This document shows, in pieces, positions 35,026 through 43,594 of a stretch of 64,000 bases of DNA. Under the pieces are notes generated by a model. The model worked only from the letters and a program-made list of their open reading frames with translations. It did not search any database and had not been told where the DNA came from. Within the stretch, counting starts at the first letter, position 1; the number at the start of each line of letters is the position of its first letter. Both the position numbers and the translations under genes were made by a program. This DNA is from Vicinamibacteria bacterium (GTDB lineage: Bacteria; Acidobacteriota; Vicinamibacteria; Marinacidobacterales; Marinacidobacteraceae), in assembly GCA_963668695.2 (NCBI GenBank), contig CAXXLQ010000004.1, positions 3,008,001 to 3,072,000 of the forward strand, written 5' to 3'.

Positions 35026-36120
35026 TCAGTAGCCCACGAAGTCGAGGGCCGGTGATCCGAATCCCGCAATCAGCAGCAGACTGACGGCTCCCACCACTGC
35101 GGCGGCGAAGAGCCCGAAGAGAAACGGACGGAGGCCGATGCGGCGCAGGCCGGCGAAGCTCGACTGCAGCCCCACCCCCGCCATGGCCATGAGCAAACAG
35201 GTTTCGGCTGCATGGCGGAAGAACACAACCGTCTGCCCCCAAACGTCCGGATCGAGAAAACCGAATGGCTGATCCCCGTGATCGCCGAGCGTGCGGAGGG
35301 CGGAGCACGCCGCGAACGCGATCACGAACCAGGGAATCATGCGCAGCCAGGCGCGGGCGCCCGGAGATCCGACCGACCGCGTTTCGCCGAAGAGAATGCC
35401 GGCCAGCGGGATCAACGCCAGCATCGCAAGGTTCCTCACCAGTTTGGTGACGGTGGCGACATCGAGCGCCACCGGAGCGCCGTACTGGGCCTGGTACATC
35501 ACGCCAGCCCCCGCAACCTGGGCGGTTTCGTGGATGGACACCCCGAGGAAAAGTCCGGCAAGTTCCGGCCGGCCGGCAAAGACCGCGTTCGCGAGGATCG
35601 GGTATCCGAACATCGCGGCGATCCCGAACACAGTGATGCAGGAAACGGCGTAGCCGACCTCGGCCTGTTTGGCTCGAATCAACGGCGCGGTAGCGACGAT
35701 CGCGGTGGCCCCACAGATACTCGTCCCGGCTGCGATCAACCCGGCCAGGGTCCGCGAGAGCCCGAGGCGCGGTCCCAGGAGCCGGACCACGCCGACGCCA
35801 GCGACGATTGCCATCACGACGAAGGGCAGGGCCGCCAGGGTGAATCTGCCGGCAGCGAGGAGGCTCAGGCGAAAGCCGAGCAGCACGATGCCGAGGCGCA
35901 GGATCGTGGTCGAACAGAATCGCAGTCCCGGCGTTGTGGTCCGCGCCCAATCGGACACATTGGAGACGACCATGCCGAGGACGATGGCCAGCACGATCGG
36001 GCTGATCGGACTGCCCGAGAGTCCGAGCAGCGACTCCGCGATCCATCGCGCGGAAAACGTGGCGGCTGCCGAGACCAGCGCCGCCAGAGCCAGTCCGGTC
36101 CAGAAGGGGGGCGATCGCAT
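35026..36120 (-). CDS. YeiH/putative sulfate exporter family membrane protein
   Basis: LRLGIVLLG, GTSICGATAI, SIHETAQV, ATVTKLVRN, PWFV, AMAGVGL. Confidence 0.88.
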   Translation of the reverse strand: MRSPPFWTGLALAALVSAAATFSARWIAESLLGLSGSPISPIVLAIVLGMVVSNVSDWARTTTPGLRFCSTTILRLGIVLLGFRLSLLAAGRFTLAALPFVVMAIVAGVGVVRLLGPRLGLSRTLAGLIAAGTSICGATAIVATAPLIRAKQAEVGYAVSCITVFGIAAMFGYPILANAVFAGRPELAGLFLGVSIHETAQVAGAGVMYQAQYGAPVALDVATVTKLVRNLAMLALIPLAGILFGETRSVGSPGARAWLRMIPWFVIAFAACSALRTLGDHGDQPFGFLDPDVWGQTVVFFRHAAETCLLMAMAGVGLQSSFAGLRRIGLRPFLFGLFAAAVVGAVSLLLIAGFGSPALDFVGY

Positions 36121-36259
36121 CGTCTGCTTTGTCCGTTCCCACTCTCGGTGGCGGTTTAGCCTACCCGCACCGTCCCGCCGCCGCATCCGAGGGTGAAGCC
36201 GGGGACGGTGGCGAAACTGGCGCAGTTCCCCTTTCCGCGACGCCGCGGGCGCTGCCTAG

Positions 36260-36493
36260 CAGCCTGTGGATAAAGTGACGTGAGCGCCGAGGCCCCCACC
36301 GGGAGAACTGGCCGGTGAGGCGCCCGGCTGACAAGGCGCGTGAGGGAGGAGCCCCCACCGGGAGAACTGGCCCGGGTGTATTCCGACTGAAACGCAACGC
36401 AGAGCGCCGCAAAGCGGCGCGGTTCAGGCGGGATGCATCGCCGGTCGAGCCCCCACCGGGAGAACTGGGCCGCGTGACTCTGTCCACAGGCTG
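36260..36493 (-). mobile_element. MITE copy M8 (234 bp; second TIR subtype; sites A, B and a flipped C)
   Basis: CTAG|CAGCCTGTGGATAAAGTGACG...CGTGACTCTGTCCACAGGCTG|CTAG; 18-mers at 36294-36311, 36353-36370 and 36451-36468. Confidence 0.88.
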
Positions 36494-37836
36494 CTAGGGC
36501 CGCGGACCGCCGGTCCCGAAGCCGGTCACACCGATTCGGCGGGGGATGTAGTGGTCGGGGTCCACCGTCCGGTGATAGACGATGCGGCCGTTGCTCATGA
36601 CGAACATGGGCTCGTGGGTCGCGTAGATGTCCTCCAGCGGGTTGCCGTCCACCGACACCAGATCAGCCTCCAGACCGACCTCGATCGCCCCGGTGCGGTC
36701 TCGGATCCCATAGACCTCGGCAGAGCGGATCGTCGCGGACTGGAGCGCCTGCAGCGGTGTCATGCCCATCTCCACGAAGTGGGTCATCTCCCGGTAGATC
36801 CGGACGTTGGTGCGAGGGCCGTATTGGGTGTCGGTCGCGGTGATGATGGTGACTCCGAGTTCGAGCGCCCGCCGGAAACCCTTTTCCAGGTAGTGGAGCA
36901 GGTGGGTGCCGCGCTGAAGCTCGCCGAGGATTCGTAGTCGTCGTGGGGCAGGAGGAAGCCCACCACCGAGGTGTAGGTCGGCACCCATGCGGTCCCCATC
37001 TCCAGCATCAACTGCAGTCCCTCCTCGTCCACGTAGGAACCGTGCTCGATGGTCGCGCAACCGGCGATGATGGCGTTGCGCACGACTTCCTTGCCGTGGG
37101 AATGGCAGGCCACCTTCACCCCGAGCGCGTCCGCCTCTTCCACAATGGCGGTGAGTTCCTCGACGCTGTAGACCATCATCTTGGGATCGGGCCCGTTCGG
37201 GCCCGAGGTAGTGCCTCCGGAACGGGTCTTGATCCAGCGGGCGCCCCGATCCACGTCCACCCGGACCACCTCGCGGACCGCCTCGGGGCCCTTCACCTGT
37301 TTGTGGAGGTACTTGTAGAGCCGCGGATCGGCGAGTGCCGACTCGCCGAGACTCGGCAGCACGTAGACGCCGGCGGCGAAGATCTCGGGACCGGCGATAT
37401 ATCCCTTCTCGACCATGTCATTCATCCGGACGTCGAGATAGCTGCCTACCGCGGCGCTCTTCATGGTGGTGACGCCCGACTCCAGGGCCCGGTAGAGACC
37501 ATCCAGCGTGCGTCCGTGCCAGTGGGCGTCGAAGAGGCCGGGCATCAGATGCCGGCCTCCCAGGTCCAGCACGTGGGCCCCCTCGGGAGGAGGATCGGTG
37601 CTGACGGACTCGATGAGGCCGTCGCGGACCACCACCACGGCGTCCTCCAGGACGGTGCCGTCCACGACGTTCACCACGTGGGTGTTGACGAGCGCGACGT
37701 GGGGTTGCGGCAGGACGGCGTCCTCGCCGGGGAGGTAGGGGACCGTCGGTTGCGCGAAGGCGCTACCAGCGGCAAGGACTGCGGATGCGGCCAGGGCCGC
37801 GTGGGAAAACCGTGTTGTGGAAAACCGTGTTGTCAT
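36494..37836 (-). pseudogene. Secreted amidohydrolase (Xaa-Pro dipeptidase-like), frameshifted near 36915-36935
   Basis: N-part has PGLFDAHWH, VACHSHG, IEHG; C-part in another frame has TDT, GAIEVGLEADLV.VDGNPLED. One added base restores the frame; may be a sequencing error. Confidence 0.8.
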
Positions 37837-37898
37837 GGGGAAGTTCCTCCGGAACCCGATGGTATGTTCAGGACGCCACGCGGGCGAAGGAGAAGACC

Positions 37899-39182
37899 AT
37901 GCATCGAAGGGCCTTCCTGGGAGTTGCGGGCGGTGCCTTGACGGCGCTGCACGCGGATGCTGAGGAGCGCATCGGCAGGGCAGTCGCGCGGCTTGGCGCC
38001 CAAAACGCGGCCGAGGCGGCCCAGGACGAGGATTTCTGGTTCCGGGTACGCGACGCGTTCACCATCGACCGCAACCACATCAACTTCAACTCAGGCAGCG
38101 TGAGCCCGGCGCCGGCGTCCGTCCAACGCGCGATGAAGCAGTACTGGGACATCACGAACATGGGTCCCTCGCTCTACGTGGACGAGCTGCTCGGGCCCCG
38201 CGTCGAGGTGGCGCGGCGCCGGCTGGCAGAGACCTTCGGCTGCGGGACCGACGAGTTGGCGTTCACGCGCAACGCCAGCGAGGCGATGGAGATCGTCCAG
38301 TTCGGGCTACCGCTGAACGCGGGCGACGAGGTGCTCACCACCACCCAGGACTACCCGCGCATGCTCATGACCTTCCGGCAGCGCGAGCGTCGCGACGGGA
38401 TCGTCCTCCGAACGGTGCCGTATCCGACGCCGCCGGAGGATCTCTCCGAATTGACCGGGATCCTGGAGCGGGCGATCACTCCCAGGACGAAGCTCCTCCT
38501 GATTTGCCACACCACCTTCACCACCGGGCAGATCTTCCCGGTGGGGGAGATCTGCCGGATGGCGCGCCGGCATGGCATCGAGACGCTGGTGGACGGCGCC
38601 CACGGTTTCGCGCACTTCCCCTTCACACGGGACGAACTCGACTGCGACTACTACGGGACGAGCCTCCACAAATGGCTCTTCGCGCCCGTCGGTACCGGGT
38701 TCCTCTACGTGCGCAAAGAGAAGATCCCGAAGGTCTGGCCACTCATGAGCGCGCCGGCGAGTCAGGAGGACGACATCCGCAAGTTCGAACAGATCGGGAC
38801 GAACCCGATCGCCGTCCGTGGCCCGATCACCGAGGCAGTGACCTTCCACGAGGGGATCGGGGCCGAGCGGAAGGCGGAGCGGCTCGTGTACCTGCGGCGG
38901 CGCTGGGCCGAGCGGGTCAAGGAGCTGCGCGGCGTCCGGGTGCTAAACCCGCCGGACATCAAGCAAGCCTGCGGGATCGGCGCGATGCGCATCGAGGGGG
39001 TGGACTCGGGCGTGTTGACCGACTTTCTGGAGAGGAAGTACCGGATCCACGTGCGGCCGCGCTTCGTGCAGGGCGAATTCGACTGCATCCGAATCTCGCC
39101 GAGTGTCTTCTCCACCCTTGAGGAGGTGGACCTCTTCGCTTCCGCAATCGAAGACGCGGCGCGAAACGGCGTGTCGGCGTGA
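37899..39182 (+). CDS. Class V PLP aminotransferase (isopenicillin N epimerase/cysteine desulfurase-like), Tat-exported
   Basis: MHRRAFL; NSGSVSP, TRNASE, VDGAH, SLHKWLFAPVGTG; RBS AAGGAG. Confidence 0.88.
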   Translation: MHRRAFLGVAGGALTALHADAEERIGRAVARLGAQNAAEAAQDEDFWFRVRDAFTIDRNHINFNSGSVSPAPASVQRAMKQYWDITNMGPSLYVDELLGPRVEVARRRLAETFGCGTDELAFTRNASEAMEIVQFGLPLNAGDEVLTTTQDYPRMLMTFRQRERRDGIVLRTVPYPTPPEDLSELTGILERAITPRTKLLLICHTTFTTGQIFPVGEICRMARRHGIETLVDGAHGFAHFPFTRDELDCDYYGTSLHKWLFAPVGTGFLYVRKEKIPKVWPLMSAPASQEDDIRKFEQIGTNPIAVRGPITEAVTFHEGIGAERKAERLVYLRRRWAERVKELRGVRVLNPPDIKQACGIGAMRIEGVDSGVLTDFLERKYRIHVRPRFVQGEFDCIRISPSVFSTLEEVDLFASAIEDAARNGVSA

Positions 39183-40396
39183 GTTCCGGGGACGGCGTGC
39201 GCCGCCGGGAATTCCTGCAGGGGGCCATCGCAGCGCTCCCGGCAGCCGCCGCCTGCGGGGGCGGCTCCGGGGGAGAGCCGCCACCCGAGGCCCAGCCCCC
39301 CACCGGGTCCGGCCCGCCCTCCGGAGTCGCGCTCTGGGGCCAGGACCTCGGCCTCGGGGAGGCTTATCGCGGTGACGGGAGCCAGACCGAGGTCGAGCTC
39401 TATGTCACGAAGTGCGCAGACCACGGGGTTTCTCGCGTCTTTGCGCCCGGAGCCTCCGCCGAACTCGTCGAGGCGGGCGCCACGGTGGGGGTCGAGGTCC
39501 ACCCCTACAAGGGGGTCGCTTCGCACGGCGGCATCCGGATGTATCCCGCGTGGTCGTCCAACTTCATGGTGCCCCGCTTCGGGACCGAGGAGGGACGGGA
39601 GATCCTGAACGCCCATCGGCCGATCTGGAGCCACCCGCAGCGGATCGAGAGCCTGAGCGATTTCCTTCGCGAGAATCCCGAGCATCGCCACCGGAATCGG
39701 CAACTGACTGACGAGTTGAAGCCCTACGAGCGGGTGTTCCTCAGCCCGGGACTGCCCGGAGGCCGGGCCGAGGAAGCCCGAGCCTTCTCGGATCTTCTCT
39801 CCCGCAGCGGCGGGCGCGGCATCCAGGCGGAGTTCGTCTCCATCAACGAGGATGAGAACGGGGTCACCACCGACGGCTACGAGGACTCGATCGCCGGCGC
39901 CTTCCGGGAGGCCACCGGCCGCGATCCGTTCGAGCTACCGAACGGCGATCCCCAGTGGGTGCAGTTCCGTGCCGACCGCTGGACCGACATGGTGCGCGCG
40001 ATCCGGGATGCGGTCAAGGCGGTCCGTGCGGATGCCGTCTTCACCATCACCGTCATCAACCGCGACGCGGACGGCTACGTCCCGCGGATCCAGGACTGGC
40101 CGGCCTGGGTGGAGCAGGGGCTTTGCGACGAGATGCACCTCTGGTTCCGGTCCACCACCGACCTCCCGACCATCGAACGGCACTGCCGCCACTTCGTGGA
40201 CACGGTGGCCGGCCGCATGCCGGCGGTGGCCGAGTTCTCGTGCTACCACCCAGGAAGCATCCAGGATGCGGCAACCATGATGGAGGCGGCCCGCATCGCG
40301 CGCGGCGCCGGGATGGATGGGCTGGGGATCTACCGCAGCCACGCGGTGGAGCAACTCGAGTTCTGGCCGTTACTGGAACAGATGACGCAGCTCTGA
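39179..40396 (+). CDS. Tat-exported lipoprotein, possible GHL10/DUF187-like TIM-barrel glycoside hydrolase
   Basis: RRREFL plus AAAC; FREATGRDP, WVQFRAD, QDWPAWVEQG resemble that family. Confidence 0.55.
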   Translation: MSSGDGVRRREFLQGAIAALPAAAACGGGSGGEPPPEAQPPTGSGPPSGVALWGQDLGLGEAYRGDGSQTEVELYVTKCADHGVSRVFAPGASAELVEAGATVGVEVHPYKGVASHGGIRMYPAWSSNFMVPRFGTEEGREILNAHRPIWSHPQRIESLSDFLRENPEHRHRNRQLTDELKPYERVFLSPGLPGGRAEEARAFSDLLSRSGGRGIQAEFVSINEDENGVTTDGYEDSIAGAFREATGRDPFELPNGDPQWVQFRADRWTDMVRAIRDAVKAVRADAVFTITVINRDADGYVPRIQDWPAWVEQGLCDEMHLWFRSTTDLPTIERHCRHFVDTVAGRMPAVAEFSCYHPGSIQDAATMMEAARIARGAGMDGLGIYRSHAVEQLEFWPLLEQMTQL

Positions 40397-40420
40397 GGGG
40401 CCAGGGTCACGCGGCCCGGG

Positions 40421-41272
40421 TTACTCCGGATCGTTCATCCGCACGAGGATCAGCGTAGCGAACGGCCTTTCCCGGATGCCCGAGGGCAGTTCGCGGATGG
40501 GACCGATCGGCGCGTGCGGGGTCACGTCGGCGTCCGAGGCCGTGAAGGTCGCCCCGCTGTCGGTTCCGGCGTCGTAGCCAACGAGTTCCAACTCGATCCG
40601 CTCCCGCCAGCAGCCTTCGTCTTCCATCAGGGGCACCCCGTTCACCCCGACGAACCAGTCCGGGCTGGGGGCGATCATCGAGACCAGAGTCACCAGCGGC
40701 CGCTCGGCGTCGGCGTCGAAGGCGAACGAGACCGATCCGGGCGACCGAAACGACGACTCGGCGCTGTTCAGGCAGAGGCCGCTGCGCCCGCGGTCGGCTT
40801 CCGCCTGGATCTCCCGGCAAAGTGTGGACACGCTCCCGGTCTCCGCCATGCTCTCGATGCCCGGCGTTGCGATCCCGCCGGGGTTCCAGAACGAGACCTC
40901 CGGCAGGTGGGTGGCCCCGACCACGCGGGAGAAATGCGCCCCGGACGGGAAGGGCGGGCGGTTGCCGTGCGACGCCGCGCCCCAAACCGCCCGGAAGGTC
41001 ACCCCGTACTGCGCCGATGCCGGACATTCGGGCGCCGGGGTAGGCATCGGTTCCGGGGTGGGCATCGGCTGCGGGGCGGGGGCGGGGGTCTCCACCGGCG
41101 CGGGGGCTGACGGGGGTGCGGGCGGGACGGCCGGCGCCTCGGCGCCACAAGCGAGCACCAGGAGCACGGGGGCTGCCCGGAGTGGGCCGCAGGCGACTCG
41201 GAAGGACGGCGCAAACATTCGCCAGGAAGCTACCGCGACCTCCGGCCGGCGCCCCGCGGTGATTGCGGTCAA
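40421..41272 (-). CDS. Spondin_N domain lipoprotein
   Basis: YGVTF..W...HFS..VGATH, MAETG, VSMIAPSPDWFVGV, YDAGTDSG; lipobox VLAC; start 41272 or 41218. Confidence 0.85.
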   Translation of the reverse strand: MTAITAGRRPEVAVASWRMFAPSFRVACGPLRAAPVLLVLACGAEAPAVPPAPPSAPAPVETPAPAPQPMPTPEPMPTPAPECPASAQYGVTFRAVWGAASHGNRPPFPSGAHFSRVVGATHLPEVSFWNPGGIATPGIESMAETGSVSTLCREIQAEADRGRSGLCLNSAESSFRSPGSVSFAFDADAERPLVTLVSMIAPSPDWFVGVNGVPLMEDEGCWRERIELELVGYDAGTDSGATFTASDADVTPHAPIGPIRELPSGIRERPFATLILVRMNDPE

Positions 41273-42417
41273 TCGGACGCTGGCCCGAGGACGAAGAGCG
41301 TCCCGTCCTGGGTGCCGAAGACGATACGCCCGCCGGCTATGGCGGGCGAGCCCATGATGGCCGCACCGGCGTGGAATTCGAAGACCTTCTCCCCGGTCTC
41401 GAGATCCAGCACGTAGAGGCGGCCGTCGGCGTTGCCGACGTACACCCGGTTTCCTGCCACCGCCGGGGAGGCGTCGAAACGGGCGCGGGCGCGGAAGGTC
41501 CAGCGGGCTTCGCCGGTCTCCCGATCAAGTGCATGGACCAGCTTGTCCCGGCCGGCGACGATCACGATGTCGCCCGCGACCGCCGCCGAGGCGTAGAAGG
41601 GGAAGTGGCGTTCAGGGTGTTCGTAGCGCCAACGCAGTGCTCCGGCCCCAACATCTACCGCCAGCACCTCGTTGTTGAAGGTGCCGTAGTAGAGCGTGTC
41701 GTCGAGGATTGCCGGGGACGCGGCGGTGTAGGCGCCCGAGTCGAAGCGCAGCATCTCGGTTCCGTCCGTGATCCGGACCCCGCGCAGCACGGCGTCGCAT
41801 CCCGTGACCCAGGCAAGCCCGTTCGCCCTGCCCGGGGTGGCGTGCACCGGCCCCTCGGTCTGCAACTTCCAACGGAGTTTGCCGGTGGTCCGGTCCACGG
41901 CATAGAAGTGTTCGTCATAGCTGCCGATCAGCACCAGATCGTCCGCCACGACGGGGGAGGACTTGATCTCGGCGCCGGTCGGGAAGCGCCACCGAACCTC
42001 GCCGGATTCCACGTCCACCGCGTGCAGGACCCCGAGCAGGTCTCCGACGAACACGGCGCCGCCCGCAACCGCCGGCGAGGATTCCCCGAAGCGATCCTCC
42101 TCGAACTCTCCCGCTGCGGCTTCGGTGGCGCCGGGGCGATAGCGCCAAGCCTCGGCGCCGTCTTCGAGATTCAGCTTTACCAGCACTCCCGGGAGGGAGG
42201 TGGCGTAGACGAAGCCACCCACTACGGCCGGCGAGGATTCCACCGAGAAGCCGAGCGGCACGCTCCATTTCAACTCGAGCTCGTCAGGAAGAAGGGAAGC
42301 CGCGATTCCAGTGAGCGCCGCGTCCCGCCGGAACTGGGGCCAGTCGGAGCTGTCCTGGGCAATTGCGCCGGGTGCGAGCGCAAGCAGGAGGGCGGATCGG
42401 AGAGCGACGCGACGCAT
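41269..42417 (-). CDS. BamB/PQQ-type beta-propeller protein 1
   Basis: WPQFRRD, repeated ESSPAV / D..TG..RW units; TGATG-coupled to the ADH. Confidence 0.88.
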   Translation of the reverse strand: MRRVALRSALLLALAPGAIAQDSSDWPQFRRDAALTGIAASLLPDELELKWSVPLGFSVESSPAVVGGFVYATSLPGVLVKLNLEDGAEAWRYRPGATEAAAGEFEEDRFGESSPAVAGGAVFVGDLLGVLHAVDVESGEVRWRFPTGAEIKSSPVVADDLVLIGSYDEHFYAVDRTTGKLRWKLQTEGPVHATPGRANGLAWVTGCDAVLRGVRITDGTEMLRFDSGAYTAASPAILDDTLYYGTFNNEVLAVDVGAGALRWRYEHPERHFPFYASAAVAGDIVIVAGRDKLVHALDRETGEARWTFRARARFDASPAVAGNRVYVGNADGRLYVLDLETGEKVFEFHAGAAIMGSPAIAGGRIVFGTQDGTLFVLGPASD

Positions 42418-43565
42418 CAGACGCAGGAACGATAAACGGCCAGCGCGCCGGCGGCATCGAAGGGGCGCGGGTTGAAACGGCCGGTCCATTCGCGGGACGC
42501 TTCCTCGGCGAGGGCGGGAAGGTCGTCCGGCCGCACGCGCGCTTGGTCGAGGTTCTCGGGCAAGTCGGCCAGGACGACCCACTCTTCAAGATGCTTGGCG
42601 AGTGTTTCCGCCGCATTGCCGCCGGGAGGGATCTCCGCTGCCTCCAACAGTTCCCGATAGGCGGCGTCCGCCGCGGGCGCGTTCCACCGGACGACCCGCG
42701 GCAGGGTGATGGCCAGGGCCCGGCCGTGCGCCACCTCGAAGCGCCGGGTCAGCGGGTTCGCGCAGGCGTGGGCGGCGCCGAGCATGGACCGCTCGATCGC
42801 GGCGCCGGCGAGGAAGGCCCCGAGCTGCATGTCTTCCCATTCGGCGGCGTCCGCCTCGCCCGCGACGGCACACGGAAAAGCGCGGCTCAGGAGCGCGAAA
42901 GCTCGGTGACTCAGGACGAGTGATTCTTCGGTATGCCCGGAGGTCACCGCCGTTTCCACTGCGTGCGCCACGGCATCGAACCCGGCGGCGGCGATCACCT
43001 CCGGCGGCGCCGAGGGCAGAAGCCGCGGATCCAGGATCACGGCCCGGAACATCGCGGTAGGAGCCCCACAGGCGAGTTTCTGATGGTCCCGGTCCCGGGA
43101 GATGAGGGCATAGGACTGGGCCTCGCTTCCGGTTCCGGCGGTCGTCGGAACGCCCAACAGCGGAGGCAAGGGACGGGGGCACTTGCCGTAGCCTCGATAG
43201 TCCTCCATGCGGCCGCCGCCAGCCAGGAGGAAGCCGGCTCCTTTCGCGACATCCAGCGAACTGCCACCCCCGACCCCGGCGAGAGAGTCGGCGTCCATCC
43301 GGCGGGCGGCTTCGGCGGCCCGGACCACGTCGGATTCGGTGGGGTTTTCGCCGAAGTCGGAGAAGGACTCCGCGTGGACGTCTGCGGCCCTGAGCCTCGC
43401 CACCGCCCGGCCGGTGATCCCCGCGTCCACGATTCCCGGGTCGGAGGTAACGAGAGTCCGGCGGAAACCCAGCTGCGCAGCGACCTCCCCGAGTGACGCG
43501 AGCGCCCCCGCTCCGGAATGAACGAGCGGGGAGGGGCCGCTCGGGAGCCGCCAGGATTGGGGCAT
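42417..43565 (-). CDS. Iron-containing alcohol dehydrogenase
   Basis: GGGSSLDVAK, PTTAGTGSEA, DAVAHAVE, GAAHA, HG. Confidence 0.9.
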   Translation of the reverse strand: MPQSWRLPSGPSPLVHSGAGALASLGEVAAQLGFRRTLVTSDPGIVDAGITGRAVARLRAADVHAESFSDFGENPTESDVVRAAEAARRMDADSLAGVGGGSSLDVAKGAGFLLAGGGRMEDYRGYGKCPRPLPPLLGVPTTAGTGSEAQSYALISRDRDHQKLACGAPTAMFRAVILDPRLLPSAPPEVIAAAGFDAVAHAVETAVTSGHTEESLVLSHRAFALLSRAFPCAVAGEADAAEWEDMQLGAFLAGAAIERSMLGAAHACANPLTRRFEVAHGRALAITLPRVVRWNAPAADAAYRELLEAAEIPPGGNAAETLAKHLEEWVVLADLPENLDQARVRPDDLPALAEEASREWTGRFNPRPFDAAGALAVYRSCV

Positions 43566-43594
43566 GGACGTGCTCCGTCCGAACGCCGGTCGGG

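Noticed and set aside
34916-36142. 408-aa minus-strand ORF
   Set aside because: It is an off-frame overlap of the YeiH gene that runs into the 78-bp duplicated gene end.
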